A stretch of 32,095 bases of DNA from an uncultured Candidatus Saccharibacteria bacterium (GTDB lineage: Bacteria; Patescibacteriota; Minisyncoccia; UBA6257; 2-01-FULL-56-20). The position numbers and the translations under genes were made by a program. This document shows, in pieces, positions 24,812-32,095 of this stretch; the first letter of the stretch is position 1; every line of letters begins with the position of its first letter. The stretch spans positions 1-32,095 of the forward strand of contig CAZLXS010000003.1 in assembly GCA_964563735.1 (NCBI GenBank), given 5' to 3'. Under the pieces are notes generated by a model, which saw nothing but the letters and a program-made list of their open reading frames with translations, ran no database searches and had not been told where the DNA came from.

Positions 24812-25695
24812 TAAAGGTATGGCTCAATCATTTTAAGACCAGTCATTAGATCAATTTGAGGACTCCACCCAAGAAGTTCTTTGGCTTTTTTATTGGAAAT
24901 ATTTCTAACGATTGCCCCATCTGGGTTAGGCTCTACAATCTCTACTTTTTTCCCAAGTAAAGCTTCGGTCGCATGAATAACATCTTCAAGAGTTATTAAT
25001 TGATCACCAGCTAAGTTGATAATTTGAAAATCGGTTCGCCCAAAAGAGCTTTTTATACCCCTGACGATATCAGCAACATGAATGTAGCGACGACCAGATT
25101 TTCTAGAACCAAACAAAGTGACTTGATCATTTTTTTTAGTATCACTCGCAACAGCTTCGAAAGCAGACCAATTAGCCGAACGAGGGCCATAGATAATAGC
25201 GAATCTGAAAATAGTAGTTGGCATGAATCCTCTTTTATACTGCTCTCGAAGATTAGCCTCACTTACAAGCTTAGAAAGGGCGTATTCCGAGGTGTGGCCG
25301 GCTATATCTATAAAAGCAGTTTCATCTTTTTCTTCCCCTTCAGCAAATTTTTCGTAAACCCACTCACTAGATGCAAAAATAAATTGCTTCACATTCTTAG
25401 CTTGAGCTGCCCGCATAAGATTTAAGGTCCCCATAACATTCGTCATGAAACACTCGTAGGGCTTACCAGCGCAATCTCGATCACGTGAAAGAGCGGCTAG
25501 ATGGATAAGCGCATCGGCACCCTCCGGAAAAATCTCTCCGATAGCTGGATCGTTAATATCCCCTTTTTTAAACTCATACGGCAAATCGCTGGCCTTAGCA
25601 AAATCAAAACCAAAAACCTCGATCCCATCCTTAAGACATTGCGCAATTAATTCCTTAGCCACGAAACTCTCTGAACCGGTGACAATAATTTTCAT
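24811..25695 (-). CDS. NAD-dependent epimerase/dehydratase-family protein (extended SDR, atypical Gly motif)
   Basis: 294-aa ORF. IIVTGSESFVAKEL replaces TGxxGxxG. Also ASSEWVYE and YALSK. TAATG overlap with the E1 alpha start. Confidence 0.75.
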   Translation of the reverse strand: MKIIVTGSESFVAKELIAQCLKDGIEVFGFDFAKASDLPYEFKKGDINDPAIGEIFPEGADALIHLAALSRDRDCAGKPYECFMTNVMGTLNLMRAAQAKNVKQFIFASSEWVYEKFAEGEEKDETAFIDIAGHTSEYALSKLVSEANLREQYKRGFMPTTIFRFAIIYGPRSANWSAFEAVASDTKKNDQVTLFGSRKSGRRYIHVADIVRGIKSSFGRTDFQIINLAGDQLITLEDVIHATEALLGKKVEIVEPNPDGAIVRNISNKKAKELLGWSPQIDLMTGLKMIEPYL

Positions 25696-26579
25696 ATATT
25701 TTTGTAAGCTTGAATTGTTTTTTTAATACCCATTTCCATAGTTACTTCCGGAACCCAACCGATTGCTTTCTTAACCCGTTTAATGTCTGCGTACGGAGCT
25801 TGGAGGAGCTTACCCTTGGTAGTGGCTAGAAAATCTTTTAAATAGCCCTCACCAACTTTCATCTCCAGACAAATCATCCGAGCAATATCCCTAACTGGAG
25901 TTGGGTAGCCAGATCCGACATTGTATGTATGAATACCCAGACCATTTTCAATAGACTTTACAATTGCCATGGCCACGTCCGTAATATAAATAAAATCTCC
26001 TTGAGCCAGAGGATTTTTAAGCCTAAGCGGAGTTCCTTCGGAGATACAATATATGATATATGGTATAAGCGATCCTGATCTTTGTCCATTACCATAAGGA
26101 TTAAATGGGCGAAGCCAAAGAAAATCTAATTTCTTATTCTTGGCTAGCTCTTCGCCCATAATATGAAGAGCATGTTTGGCGGCAGTAAAAGCGCTATATG
26201 GAGTAACTTGGATCTCATCCGGAATCTTACCTAATCTATCGCCGCACTCAAAACCAGTCCCTGCAACAACAATTTTTTTACATCCAGCCACAGCAAGAAA
26301 GGAAAAAAGAGCGAGACTGCCACTTAAATTTTTCAAACTATTCTCGTAGGAAAAATCTGGAATGCCTTCCCACGCCAAATGCACCGCTGCATCTGGTTTA
26401 AATTTTTTGAGCTGGGCGCTCCACCTTGGTAAATCCGAAAGATCTCCTTCGATGAATTTAATCCCTAATTCTTTGCGACCTACTCGCGAGAGGACTAATA
26501 ATTTGTGTCCTCTTTTTTTAAGTTCCTTAATCGTGTGCCGACCAATAAATCCGGTGCCGCCAGTAATAAATATGTTCAT
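25692..26579 (-). CDS. NAD-dependent epimerase/dehydratase-family protein (extended SDR, possible Tyr-to-Phe active site)
   Basis: 295-aa ORF. Has IFITGGTGFIGRH. PYSAFTAAKHA occupies the place where YxxxK is expected. ATGA overlap with the downstream SDR. Confidence 0.75.
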   Translation of the reverse strand: MNIFITGGTGFIGRHTIKELKKRGHKLLVLSRVGRKELGIKFIEGDLSDLPRWSAQLKKFKPDAAVHLAWEGIPDFSYENSLKNLSGSLALFSFLAVAGCKKIVVAGTGFECGDRLGKIPDEIQVTPYSAFTAAKHALHIMGEELAKNKKLDFLWLRPFNPYGNGQRSGSLIPYIIYCISEGTPLRLKNPLAQGDFIYITDVAMAIVKSIENGLGIHTYNVGSGYPTPVRDIARMICLEMKVGEGYLKDFLATTKGKLLQAPYADIKRVKKAIGWVPEVTMEMGIKKTIQAYKNI

Positions 26580-26580
26580 A

Positions 26581-27516
26581 CTAAATATTAGAGAAATTAT
26601 TGCGCTTAATGACTTGGTACCCTTTTATTAATTCGGAGATTCCATCCGGCAAGGAAACCTGAGTTTTAAAACCGGTTTTCTCTATTTTTTCATTGGAAAT
26701 AATGTAATTCCGCTTATCTGGATCTTCGCCGATTTTAGATTCTATAAAAACAAAGCGGGGTAATTGTTTTTTTATTTCTTCGCAAAGTTCTAATTTACTT
26801 AAATTAGCATCGCTCAAACCAACGTTGTAGGTTTGATTTTTCATGGTCTCAAAATTTTCCACCGCATGAATAAAGGCTCGCACAACGTCTCGCACGTGAA
26901 TGTAATTACGTTTAAAGTGGGGTTCGAAAAGGACTACCGCTCCATCATTTAGGGCTCGATAGACAAAATCATTAACCAAGAGATCGAGGCGCATCCGAGG
27001 GCTAATACCAAAAACAGTAGCGAGCCGGAAGGTAATAGCATTTCCAGCTTCGAGCAATTCTTTTTCAGCTTGAACTTTTAATTGACCATAAAGTGAGACT
27101 GGATCAAGGGGGCTGGTTTCGTCGCAAAAAGCGACCCCTTCGGCCATACGGCCATAACCACTATTAGTGTTCGGAAAAATAATTTTCTGAGACTCGCTCC
27201 GAAGTTTTAGGATGAGCTGAATTGCTTCTAGATTGATTGTGCGAGCCGCAATTGGATCTCTATTGCAAGCCGGAGCACCAACGATGCAAGCTAAGGGAAT
27301 AATAAAATCCTGACCTTCAAGATATTTTTTAATAAGCGCCTCATCTCGCACATCTCCTCGAACTAAATTCAGAGTTTTAAAATTACAAACATCGAGTAGT
27401 GATGATTGGTTGTAGAGGAAATTATCGATAGCGGTTACCTCGTGTCCAGACCTCAGAAGCTCTGGGACAAGCACCGAACCGATATATCCCGCGGCACCAG
27501 TGACTAGTATTTTCAT
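26581..27516 (-). CDS. NAD-dependent nucleotide-sugar epimerase/reductase (extended SDR)
   Basis: 311-aa ORF. Motifs ILVTGAAGYIGSVL, NTNSGYG and YGQLK (YxxxK). Confidence 0.8.
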   Translation of the reverse strand: MKILVTGAAGYIGSVLVPELLRSGHEVTAIDNFLYNQSSLLDVCNFKTLNLVRGDVRDEALIKKYLEGQDFIIPLACIVGAPACNRDPIAARTINLEAIQLILKLRSESQKIIFPNTNSGYGRMAEGVAFCDETSPLDPVSLYGQLKVQAEKELLEAGNAITFRLATVFGISPRMRLDLLVNDFVYRALNDGAVVLFEPHFKRNYIHVRDVVRAFIHAVENFETMKNQTYNVGLSDANLSKLELCEEIKKQLPRFVFIESKIGEDPDKRNYIISNEKIEKTGFKTQVSLPDGISELIKGYQVIKRNNFSNI

Positions 27517-27600
27517 TATTTTTTATTAATACTATTCTGGCTTGTTAATTTTCGCAACTCCAAATGAATTAAAAAAGTTGCACGTTAGAATTAAAATTTT

Positions 27601-28857
27601 CTACTCTTTTGGATTGACGGGGAAATAGAACTCAACCCCCTGATTAATTAGATTTTGATTGTTCTCTAAAATTTCTTTTTTAAAATTCCAGGCCAACACA
27701 TAATAGATATCGGGCAAATCTTGGACTGCTTTTTCCATAACGACAGGCACGTGCATTCCCGGAGAATATAAGTTTTCCCTTAATTCATTTTTCTCAACTA
27801 AACAATCCAAATATTCTGTTCCGATTTCGAAATAATTTAAAAGAGTATTACCTTTGGCTGGAGCGCCAAATCCAAAAATTTTTTTACCAGATTTTTTAGC
27901 TTCGGACAAATAATGAAGATTATCCTTTTTCATGAATTCTATTCTTTGAGCAAATTCTAAATAAGTGGATAAATCATTACTTTTGTTTTTAATTTCTTCA
28001 TCAATTAAGGCATTGAGCCGAGGAGATTTATCTTTTCTACCCTTGTGTGTAGCAAAGGCAATAATAGAACCGCCGTGGATTGGTGCTAAATGGGCGTCAA
28101 ATAAAGAAAGATCGTGTCGATTTAAGAGGGTTTCAATATTTTTTAGATTGTAATAGAGAAGATGCTCATGATAAATTTGATCAAAAGCTAAATTCTCTAC
28201 AATCCTTTTCATGTACAAAAATTGCACTACAAAAATACCGTCATCTGATAGGGCCTGTTTAATACCATCACACGCTGAATGCAATTCTTCTAAATGAAAA
28301 AATACTCCAGCCGCATTAATTACATTAAATTTTCTGTTTATTTTTTTAACGAAATCAAGATTAAAAAAGTCATGCATGGTTGGAATGCCTGATTCGTTAG
28401 CGATTTTAGCTGGAGTTTTAGCTGATTCAACACCGAGCACATCGTATCCAAGTTTCTTAAAGTGCTTCAGTTGAACTCCATCATTAGAGCCAATATCTAG
28501 AACGGATTTGCTATGTGAATTTTCCAAAAGGATTTTATCAACTTCCGTAGCCACCAATTCAAAATGATCCCCTAGAGTTTTGGTAATGCTCGACAAATAA
28601 GTATGCTCGCTAAACATAATTTCCTTAGGAACCGTATAGTCTAATTGAGGAGTACTGCAATCAGTACAAAAAACCACTCGAAGTGGGTAAAATTCCTCCT
28701 CACCCACATCATCTTTCTTTAAAAAATTATTACACCAAGGCTGAAATCCAAGATTTATAGCCGGCTCTAACTTTAAAGAATCACAAACCCGACATTTTTT
28801 TATAAGTCTATCTGGATCGCAGATTATTTTTTTTGAAAAACCTTTGTGATCGTTCAT
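27601..28857 (-). CDS. NDP-hexose C-methyltransferase (TylC3/EvaC family)
   Basis: 418-aa ORF. N-terminal 4-Cys Zn ribbon CRVC...CTDC. SAM motif VLDIGSNDG. The long C-terminal domain is typical of sugar C-methyltransferases. Confidence 0.75.
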   Translation of the reverse strand: MNDHKGFSKKIICDPDRLIKKCRVCDSLKLEPAINLGFQPWCNNFLKKDDVGEEEFYPLRVVFCTDCSTPQLDYTVPKEIMFSEHTYLSSITKTLGDHFELVATEVDKILLENSHSKSVLDIGSNDGVQLKHFKKLGYDVLGVESAKTPAKIANESGIPTMHDFFNLDFVKKINRKFNVINAAGVFFHLEELHSACDGIKQALSDDGIFVVQFLYMKRIVENLAFDQIYHEHLLYYNLKNIETLLNRHDLSLFDAHLAPIHGGSIIAFATHKGRKDKSPRLNALIDEEIKNKSNDLSTYLEFAQRIEFMKKDNLHYLSEAKKSGKKIFGFGAPAKGNTLLNYFEIGTEYLDCLVEKNELRENLYSPGMHVPVVMEKAVQDLPDIYYVLAWNFKKEILENNQNLINQGVEFYFPVNPKE

Positions 28858-28934
28858 GTTGTCTTAAAAAAATTAAACAGAAGGAAAGAATGCGCACACT
28901 CAGCGGCTTAAGTAAATTTGGATGATAAATCTAA

Positions 28935-29447
28935 CTAAGCATACCCCCCTTCTTCGTCGCGCCTCGAAACTAGCGGAGTTTTGATTGGCCACCAAATTTT
29001 AAATTTGGGATCATCGTAACGAATAGTGAATTGACCCTTGGGATTGTAATATTCTGATTGCTTATAGTGAAAAATTATTTTATCGGTAAGAGCTAGATGA
29101 CCATTGGCAAAATTCGGTGGAACGAGAACTTGCCAATGATTAGCTTCAGAGAGAGTAAAAGATTCCCACTGACCATACTGTGCTGAACCTTCAATAACAT
29201 TTAGAACAACAAAATAAAGCTTACCGTGCATGCAATCAATGAGTTTCCAGGTTTTATCATCTCCATGCAAACCGCGCAAAACATGCTTAGAAGAAACGGA
29301 GTAGTCATCTGCCACAAAATCCACCGAGATACCATTCTTCTTATAAAGCTCTTCATTGTAGGTTTCCGTATAATTCCCACGAAAATCCTCCGAGGTATCC
29401 GGCTTAATAAGCATTACTCCATCTAATTTGGTTTTAATAAATTCCAT
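28935..29447 (-). CDS. dTDP-4-dehydrorhamnose 3,5-epimerase-family (RmlC-like cupin) sugar epimerase
   Basis: Motifs DFRGNYTETY, RGLHGD (catalytic His), KLIDCMHGKLYFVVLN, PNFANGH and FHYKQSEYYNP. Preferred start is MEFIKTKLDG at 29447. The track start at 29474 overlaps the upstream stop by 17 nt. Confidence 0.8.
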   Translation of the reverse strand: MEFIKTKLDGVMLIKPDTSEDFRGNYTETYNEELYKKNGISVDFVADDYSVSSKHVLRGLHGDDKTWKLIDCMHGKLYFVVLNVIEGSAQYGQWESFTLSEANHWQVLVPPNFANGHLALTDKIIFHYKQSEYYNPKGQFTIRYDDPKFKIWWPIKTPLVSRRDEEGGYA

Positions 29448-29457
29448 TTTGTAATAA

Positions 29458-30540
29458 TTAAAAATAAGATTCAAAGAGTTTTATTACATCATCCACATAC
29501 TTCTCTTGGCTTATGGCATAAGCGGACGGGGAAGCTATAAATAAATTGATGTTCTTAATATACTCGTTGTAAGTGTTTTCGTCCATATTACGAAGATATT
29601 GATTAAGCTTAGCAAAATTACAATCAAAATCCCTAAAATCAATAAAACAATTCTTGGGAAAAATTTCCGATACATCTGGGGCGCCCCAATAAATCGGAAC
29701 CGAACCGGTATAGATAACATCTTTCATATATTGAACGTATCCACCTAGATAGGAGTTTTCTAAAACAAGAGAAAATTTATACTGTTTTAAGATTTCAAAT
29801 TTGTCCTCGGGAGATCCTCGCCAAGATTTTTTAATAGCGGAATCATATTTATGCGTGTAGCGAACTGGTTTATCCCAGCCGATGCCATAAAGATCAAAAT
29901 CATCGTACTCTGAAAAATACTTGATTGCCTCCAATCGATCAAGATAGCCTTCGCGGTTAATAAAATTCGGCATAGGTTTAAAAAAATTCATCACACGAAC
30001 ATATAACATTTTGAGCCAGTGTACTCTGGTATTTTTTTGGATAAGGTTGAGGAATTTAGTGGAATGAAAATTGGATTGAACTTCTTTGATGTGCGTGAAA
30101 TAAGCGTGCGGGGTGTATTGGGGATGGAACTGGCTTTTGGGCGAAACCCAATCTTTCACGCCACGCATTACAACTGAGTGATCAAAATAACTAGTGAGGC
30201 GAGGTAAATTCCAATAGAAACGACAGGCGTAGAGTGGGTTTTCCGAACTCCTAATCAGAACTAATTTTACGCCCAGCTTTCGCAAAGCTAAAGAAACGCT
30301 CATATCGGCATCATCTCTCTCGCGTACACAGACGGCTTTCGGTTTTTGAGGAAGAGAAAAATAAATATCGGGAGTAATTAATTGAATACCTCGCTTTAAG
30401 CATTCCTCATAGAGATACACGGAGGAATAGTTATACCATTTTTCACTAGCTACAGATCGATCAAAACAAAGATTGTTCTTGGAATGAGGTCCAATAGTAT
30501 CGTAGACAACAATTTTTTTACCCTCAAAAGAAATGTCCAT
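29458..30540 (-). CDS. GT10-like (alpha-1,3/4-fucosyltransferase-like) glycosyltransferase
   Basis: YKFSLVLENSYLGGYVQYMKDVIYTGSVPIYWGAPDVSEIFPKNCFIDF closely parallels the Helicobacter FutA block YKFNLCFENSQGYGYVTEKIIDAYFSHTIPIYWGSP (recalled from memory). Adjacent to fcl and gmd. The track start is a GTG at 30555; I prefer the ATG at 30540. Confidence 0.6.
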   Translation of the reverse strand: MDISFEGKKIVVYDTIGPHSKNNLCFDRSVASEKWYNYSSVYLYEECLKRGIQLITPDIYFSLPQKPKAVCVRERDDADMSVSLALRKLGVKLVLIRSSENPLYACRFYWNLPRLTSYFDHSVVMRGVKDWVSPKSQFHPQYTPHAYFTHIKEVQSNFHSTKFLNLIQKNTRVHWLKMLYVRVMNFFKPMPNFINREGYLDRLEAIKYFSEYDDFDLYGIGWDKPVRYTHKYDSAIKKSWRGSPEDKFEILKQYKFSLVLENSYLGGYVQYMKDVIYTGSVPIYWGAPDVSEIFPKNCFIDFRDFDCNFAKLNQYLRNMDENTYNEYIKNINLFIASPSAYAISQEKYVDDVIKLFESYF

Positions 30541-30581
30541 AAACTTTAAAAACACCCGCTTATTCTAAAAACAAAATAAAG

Positions 30582-31514
30582 CTACGAATGGCTGATTGTG
30601 GAAAAATAATCCAAAGTTGTTTTAACTCCATCCTCAAGACTCATGGTATGTCTCCAGCCTAAATCATGCAGACGAGTAACATCTAAAAGCTTGCGCGGTG
30701 TTCCATCTGGCTTTGAAGAGTCCCACTCAATCCTTCCCTCAAAACCGGAGATGCGCTTAACCATTTCAGCAAAATCTTTAACAGAGATGTCTTCGCCGGT
30801 ACCGATATTGATTAGATCTGGGGTTTTCTCTTGGTTCATAATGAATACACAAGCATCAGCTAAATCATCTACCCAAAGAAATTCTCGATAAGAGGCTCCG
30901 CTACCCCAGAGGACCACCTTGTCGCTGTTGGCAGTTTTAGCTTCGTAAAATTTTCTAATCAGCGCTGGAAAGAGATGGGCGCTTTCTAAATTAAAATTAT
31001 CATTAGCCCCATAGGCGTTAGTGGGCATAACCGAAACAAAGTTGGTTCCGTATTGACGATTGTAGGCCTGACAAGTAATGATGCCGGCTATTTTTGCGAC
31101 TGCATAAGGAAGATTGGTTGGCTCTAACTCGCTAGTTAAAAGATACTCTTCTTTGATTGGTTGAGGGCATTCTCGAGGATAAACGCAAGAACTGCCGAGA
31201 AATAAAAATTTTTCCACCTTGGATAAATAGGCTCCATGAATCAGATTGTCTTGAATGAGAATATTTTCGTGAATAAATTCAGCTGGGTGAGTACTGTTAG
31301 CAAGAATGCCACCAACTCGAGCCGCAGCATCAAAAATATATTCCGGCTTTTCCTTTAATAAAAAATTAATAACAGCATCCGCATTAAATAGATCTAATTC
31401 TTCTCTGGTTTTAAAAAGAAGATTAGAATACCCTTCTTTCTCCAATCTTCTCAAGATAGCAGACCCAACAAGACCTCGATGTCCTGCTATATAAATTTTA
31501 GAATTTTTATCCAT
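30582..31514 (-). CDS. fcl: GDP-L-fucose synthase (GDP-4-keto-6-deoxymannose 3,5-epimerase/4-reductase)
   Basis: Canonical motifs IYIAGHRGLVGSAILRRL, AAARVGGILAN, GSSCVYP, YAVAK and SAHLFPALI. GGAGG at 31518-31522 lies just upstream of ATG 31514. The track start at 31517 is a TTG. Confidence 0.9.
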   Translation of the reverse strand: MDKNSKIYIAGHRGLVGSAILRRLEKEGYSNLLFKTREELDLFNADAVINFLLKEKPEYIFDAAARVGGILANSTHPAEFIHENILIQDNLIHGAYLSKVEKFLFLGSSCVYPRECPQPIKEEYLLTSELEPTNLPYAVAKIAGIITCQAYNRQYGTNFVSVMPTNAYGANDNFNLESAHLFPALIRKFYEAKTANSDKVVLWGSGASYREFLWVDDLADACVFIMNQEKTPDLINIGTGEDISVKDFAEMVKRISGFEGRIEWDSSKPDGTPRKLLDVTRLHDLGWRHTMSLEDGVKTTLDYFSTISHS

Positions 31515-31544
31515 CAACCTCCGATTAAAATAATATTTTTAAAT

Positions 31545-32095
31545 TTAGCTTTGTTTTATTTTCGCTAGATCTGCATCCACCATAATCTTCACTAAATCCT
31601 TAAATTTGGTTTTAGCCTCCCAGCCAAGCTTCTCTTTGGCTTTTTTAGTATCGGCGATAAGATCCTCAACTTCGGTGGGACGATAATAACGGGGATCGAT
31701 CTCTACATAATTTTTCCAATTACCTAGACCAGCATACTCAAAAGCTAATTCTACAAACTCTTCAACTGAATGAGATTCGCCGGTACCGATAACATAGTCG
31801 TCTGGCTTGTCTTGTTGGAGCATTAACCACATGGCTTCGACATATTCCGGAGCATAACCCCAATCACGCTTAGCGTCTAAATTTCCGAGATAAATTTTAT
31901 TTTCTAATCCGGCTTTAATTTTAGCGATCCCCTTAGTAATTTTTCTAGTAACAAAAGTTTCACCTCTTCTTTCTGACTCATGATTAAAAAGAATCCCGTT
32001 GACCGCAAAAATATTATAGGCCTCACGATAGTTCTTGACGGTGTAGAAAGAAAAGGCTTTGGCTGAGCCATAGGGACTTCGCGGATAGAAGGGCG
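31545..32095 (-). CDS. gmd: GDP-mannose 4,6-dehydratase (partial, N-terminus beyond the window edge)
   Basis: The frame is open from 31545 to the window end. Translation reads ...[48 protein letters not shown]...[26 protein letters not shown], matching Gmd signatures. The 95-aa track ORF is only its C-terminal part. Confidence 0.9.
   Translation of the reverse strand, partial: PFYPRSPYGSAKAFSFYTVKNYREAYNIFAVNGILFNHESERRGETFVTRKITKGIAKIKAGLENKIYLGNLDAKRDWGYAPEYVEAMWLMLQQDKPDDYVIGTGESHSVEEFVELAFEYAGLGNWKNYVEIDPRYYRPTEVEDLIADTKKAKEKLGWEAKTKFKDLVKIMVDADLAKIKQS

Noticed and set aside
25024-25425. 133-aa plus-strand ORF (and the 69-aa minus ORF at 25053-25262) inside the SDR gene at 24811-25695.
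   Set aside because: These are antisense or alternative-frame shadows of a gene with clear SDR motifs. There are no independent signals.
27554-27581. Inverted repeat GCAACT...AGTTGC in the gap between the C-methyltransferase and the SDR gene.
   Set aside because: It has a 6-bp AT-containing stem, a 16-nt loop and no following U-tract on the minus transcript. It is unlikely to be a terminator or a structured regulator.
31545-31832. 95-aa ORF listed as an independent small gene.
   Set aside because: The frame stays open upstream to the window edge and translates into canonical Gmd sequence. It is the 3' part of a truncated gmd, not a separate gene.
1-32095. Search by eye for CRISPR repeats, tRNA/rRNA genes, IS elements, transposases, integrases, toxin-antitoxin or restriction-type defence genes.
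   Set aside because: No regularly spaced direct repeats were seen. No intergenic gap is long enough for an RNA gene (the largest are 144 and 126 nt, and both are explained by promoter/terminator signals). No ORF has recombinase, nuclease or ATPase signatures. A computational scan (tRNAscan, Infernal, CRISPR finders) would be needed to exclude them formally.

Overview
This 32.1-kb window comes from a low-GC bacterial genome. Hand-counted samples give about 37-39% G+C.

**Layout.** One plus-strand HAD hydrolase gene sits at the left edge. All 34 other convincing CDS (910-32095) are on the minus strand. They are tightly packed, mostly with gaps under 90 nt, and several junctions are ATGA or TAATG start/stop overlaps. 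Together they form one very large nucleotide-sugar and glycan biosynthesis locus.

**Gene content.**
- Two non-identical NDP-heptose activation sets: two SIS/GmhA-type isomerases, two GHMP heptose-kinase-like proteins, GmhB and three sugar-1-P nucleotidyltransferases. A transaldolase is embedded in the first set.
- gmd (cut by the right edge), a canonical fcl and a second fcl paralog.
- A His-for-Lys sugar 3-dehydratase of the ColD/RfbH type.
- An RfbB-like dehydratase, an RmlC-like epimerase and a TylC3-type C-methyltransferase.
- A stand-alone TPP-dependent E1 alpha/beta pair.
- A UGDH-family protein that appears to lack the catalytic Cys, a Gfo/Idh/MocA oxidoreductase and several further SDRs.
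- Six glycosyltransferases (two GT2, GT4, GT8, GT10-like, CgeB-like) and one methyltransferase.

**Not found.** I saw no rRNA, tRNA, CRISPR array, IS element or integrase. I also saw no flippase, polymerase, ABC exporter or priming phosphoglycosyltransferase.

**Most unusual points.**
- A roughly 0.6-kb island of about 51% G+C (17.1-17.8 kb) carries a Gmm/NudD-like Nudix gene. It has its own promoter, a strong SD, a TTG start and a perfect 36-nt palindromic terminator.
- The E1 alpha/beta pair shares an operon with a C-methyltransferase, which suggests branched-chain or chain-extended sugar chemistry.
- Several enzymes carry substitutions at positions that are normally catalytic.

All functional calls rest on motif recognition by eye. 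No database search was run.
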